From Podarcis erhardii (lineage: Eukaryota): a stretch of 64,000 bases of DNA. The notes under the pieces are model-generated. The model was not told the DNA's origin and did not search any database. It saw nothing but the letters and a program-made list of their open reading frames with translations. Shown here piece by piece: positions 62,147-64,000 of this stretch. A program made the position numbers and the translations under genes. How positions within the stretch are numbered: the first letter of the stretch is position 1; each line of letters opens with the position of its first letter. The stretch lies in NCBI GenBank assembly GCA_964252035.1, contig OZ176207.1; one strand, given 5' to 3'.

Positions 62147-64000
62147 CAAGACACTGCTTTTTGTTTTTTGCAAGTAACTAACATTGCTATCTCTCTGTTA
62201 ATTTGGGGTGAAAACCTAAACACACGTATTATTAAGTAATCCCCATTGAATATAGTGGGACATACATTTAGGTAAACATGTAGTTCACCTGGTTCACGGG
62301 CCTGGTGACTGACCAGTTCAAAAAATAAATAAAATTTGAAATCAGTGTGATTTCTCTCTCTCAAATCTTGCACGTTGTTAAAAAGTCAAGGGAACACTTC
62401 GGCAAGTATTACTTGGTTTTGAAAAGGGCTCCAGACTTTTAGAGAAATTTGATTATCTTGTGTCTTTCTTCACTTTTCAACCTTTAGGGGATGGCCATCT
62501 CTCCTTTAAAAACTCAAATTATCTGCCTTGTGCTGTGTGAAACCCTGTCTGATGTTATCACTTTTCTTTCTGATAAGCAGAGCATTATGACCAGTTTATC
62601 AGGGAAAGAGTGCAAACAGCCCTGCCTCCCATTTGCACTGCTCTCCAAAGAACACTTTCAATTCCTTGGGCAGTAAGTAGCCATTACCAGATATGATAAC
62701 AAACCTCGCAGAGAAGGCTAAAGGACCATGGGTTTCCTGCACCTGCTACAGACAATGTTGAAATTAAAAGACAGGCTGGCATTGCTGTTATCTACTGGAT
62801 GCAAGGTGTGTGCATTGGATTTTCCCGAGGGGAAAAAATTCTGATTGAATCCCAGCAGCAGCCGTGTATCAATGGCAGGGGGTGAAATGCGGGAGAAACT
62901 CTGAAAAGGTAAGGGATAAGAAAACAGCAGCTGAAGGGACGGTGAAGGCACTTGCTATAAATACTGTGTCTAAGGGCCCCAAGGCTTCCTTGAAGGTAGG
63001 GGAAATGAACTTGGCATAGTATGTAATGAATTTTAATATTTTTAACTATTGTGTTGATTTTTGTGCACAGGCATGGTCCTCACAATAAATGGATTTGATT
63101 TGAACTTAGGCAGATAAGGAGGAAAACAAATAAGGTAGCTGTGTGATTGTTCTGTATAATACAGTTGTATTCAGAATATGTAAATTCCCACAAAGTATAC
63201 TACAACATATCTAAGAGAATATCAAGCTAAGATACTGCAATAAAACCCTTTCATTTTATAGCAGTTGGGGAGCAGTGGAGAGCTCTATTCTTTCCTATCC
63301 CCCAAAAACTTGCAGATTAGTATTTTATCAGGCTTTTAGCTAACCAGCATTTGTGCATTGGAAAATTGTAGCTGTAGTCGTATTGATGATCCCTTCTGCA
63401 ATGGCTAGAGGATTTATCAAATAAGATATGGTATTAACAGTGAGGCTATTGGCTGAACTAGCACGGTGAAAACTGGCTAATGACAAACCCTGCTCTGAAC
63501 ATTCTTTAAAAAAATTGTCCTCCTTACCACCAAAAATAACTGCAGTTTTATTAGTGTAACCACATCTTTGCATCTGAATGATTGTATATTCTGCATGGTT
63601 TGATGGCATAGGATAGTTCGTGTGGAAAAAAAATTGACAGACTGAGGCCTAACTCTAGACAATCTGCCTGTAAAGCAAGGTGATCCATACTATTATTTTG
63701 AAGGATGGGCTTTCTGAAAATGGGAGCGCGGTAGCATCTAGCCTTTTGTAAAGCTGGAGACATTCTGGCCCCTAATCAAACAGCTTTTCCTTTCCCTGTT
63801 CTGCTTAGTGCCTTGTGAAGCTTGCTTCTAAGTATGCTGTGCCAATTCAATCCCAGGTGCCTGTAGATAAGGGCATATTAGAACTATGGAACTCAACAAT
63901 GGGTGGAAGAACTGAAAAATGAGTTTAAATGTGACTTTCCTTTTTATATATATTTAGGCTGCACTCTTGCACACACTCACTTGGTGGAAAGTCCCACTGA

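Overview
Vertebrate genomic DNA from a squamate, most likely a lacertid lizard, judged from Sauria SINEs and lizard-type L1, Penelope and MITE families. It holds two convergent loci. (1) TMEM200C on the minus strand: intact single-exon CDS at 53069-54760, with a CpG-island promoter and first exon at about 60.3-61.3 kb. (2) A multi-exon AKAP7-like 2H-phosphoesterase (2',5'-phosphodiesterase-type) gene on the plus strand, rebuilt by hand from five exons (about 19633-20770, 23100-23235, 26622-26779, 27902-28014, 37796-38257). The ORF track mostly misses it because it is a decayed pseudogene: nonsense codons, two frameshifts (one destroys the first catalytic HxT motif) and a GT>AT splice donor. 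It has no PKA-RII anchoring helix, and its position and orientation suggest it is the phosphodiesterase half of an AKAP7 ohnolog split by an inversion, the anchor half being AKAIN1 (inference). The rest is repeat-rich: a Penelope-type insertion forming a perfect 92-bp hairpin with an intact minimal hammerhead ribozyme, a 1-kb non-autonomous L1-like element, two 5'-truncated L1s, two solo LTRs, an Ngaro/DIRS fragment, L2/CR1 relics, SINEs, and hAT and Tc1/mariner MITEs. No database searches were run; family names come from recognised motifs.
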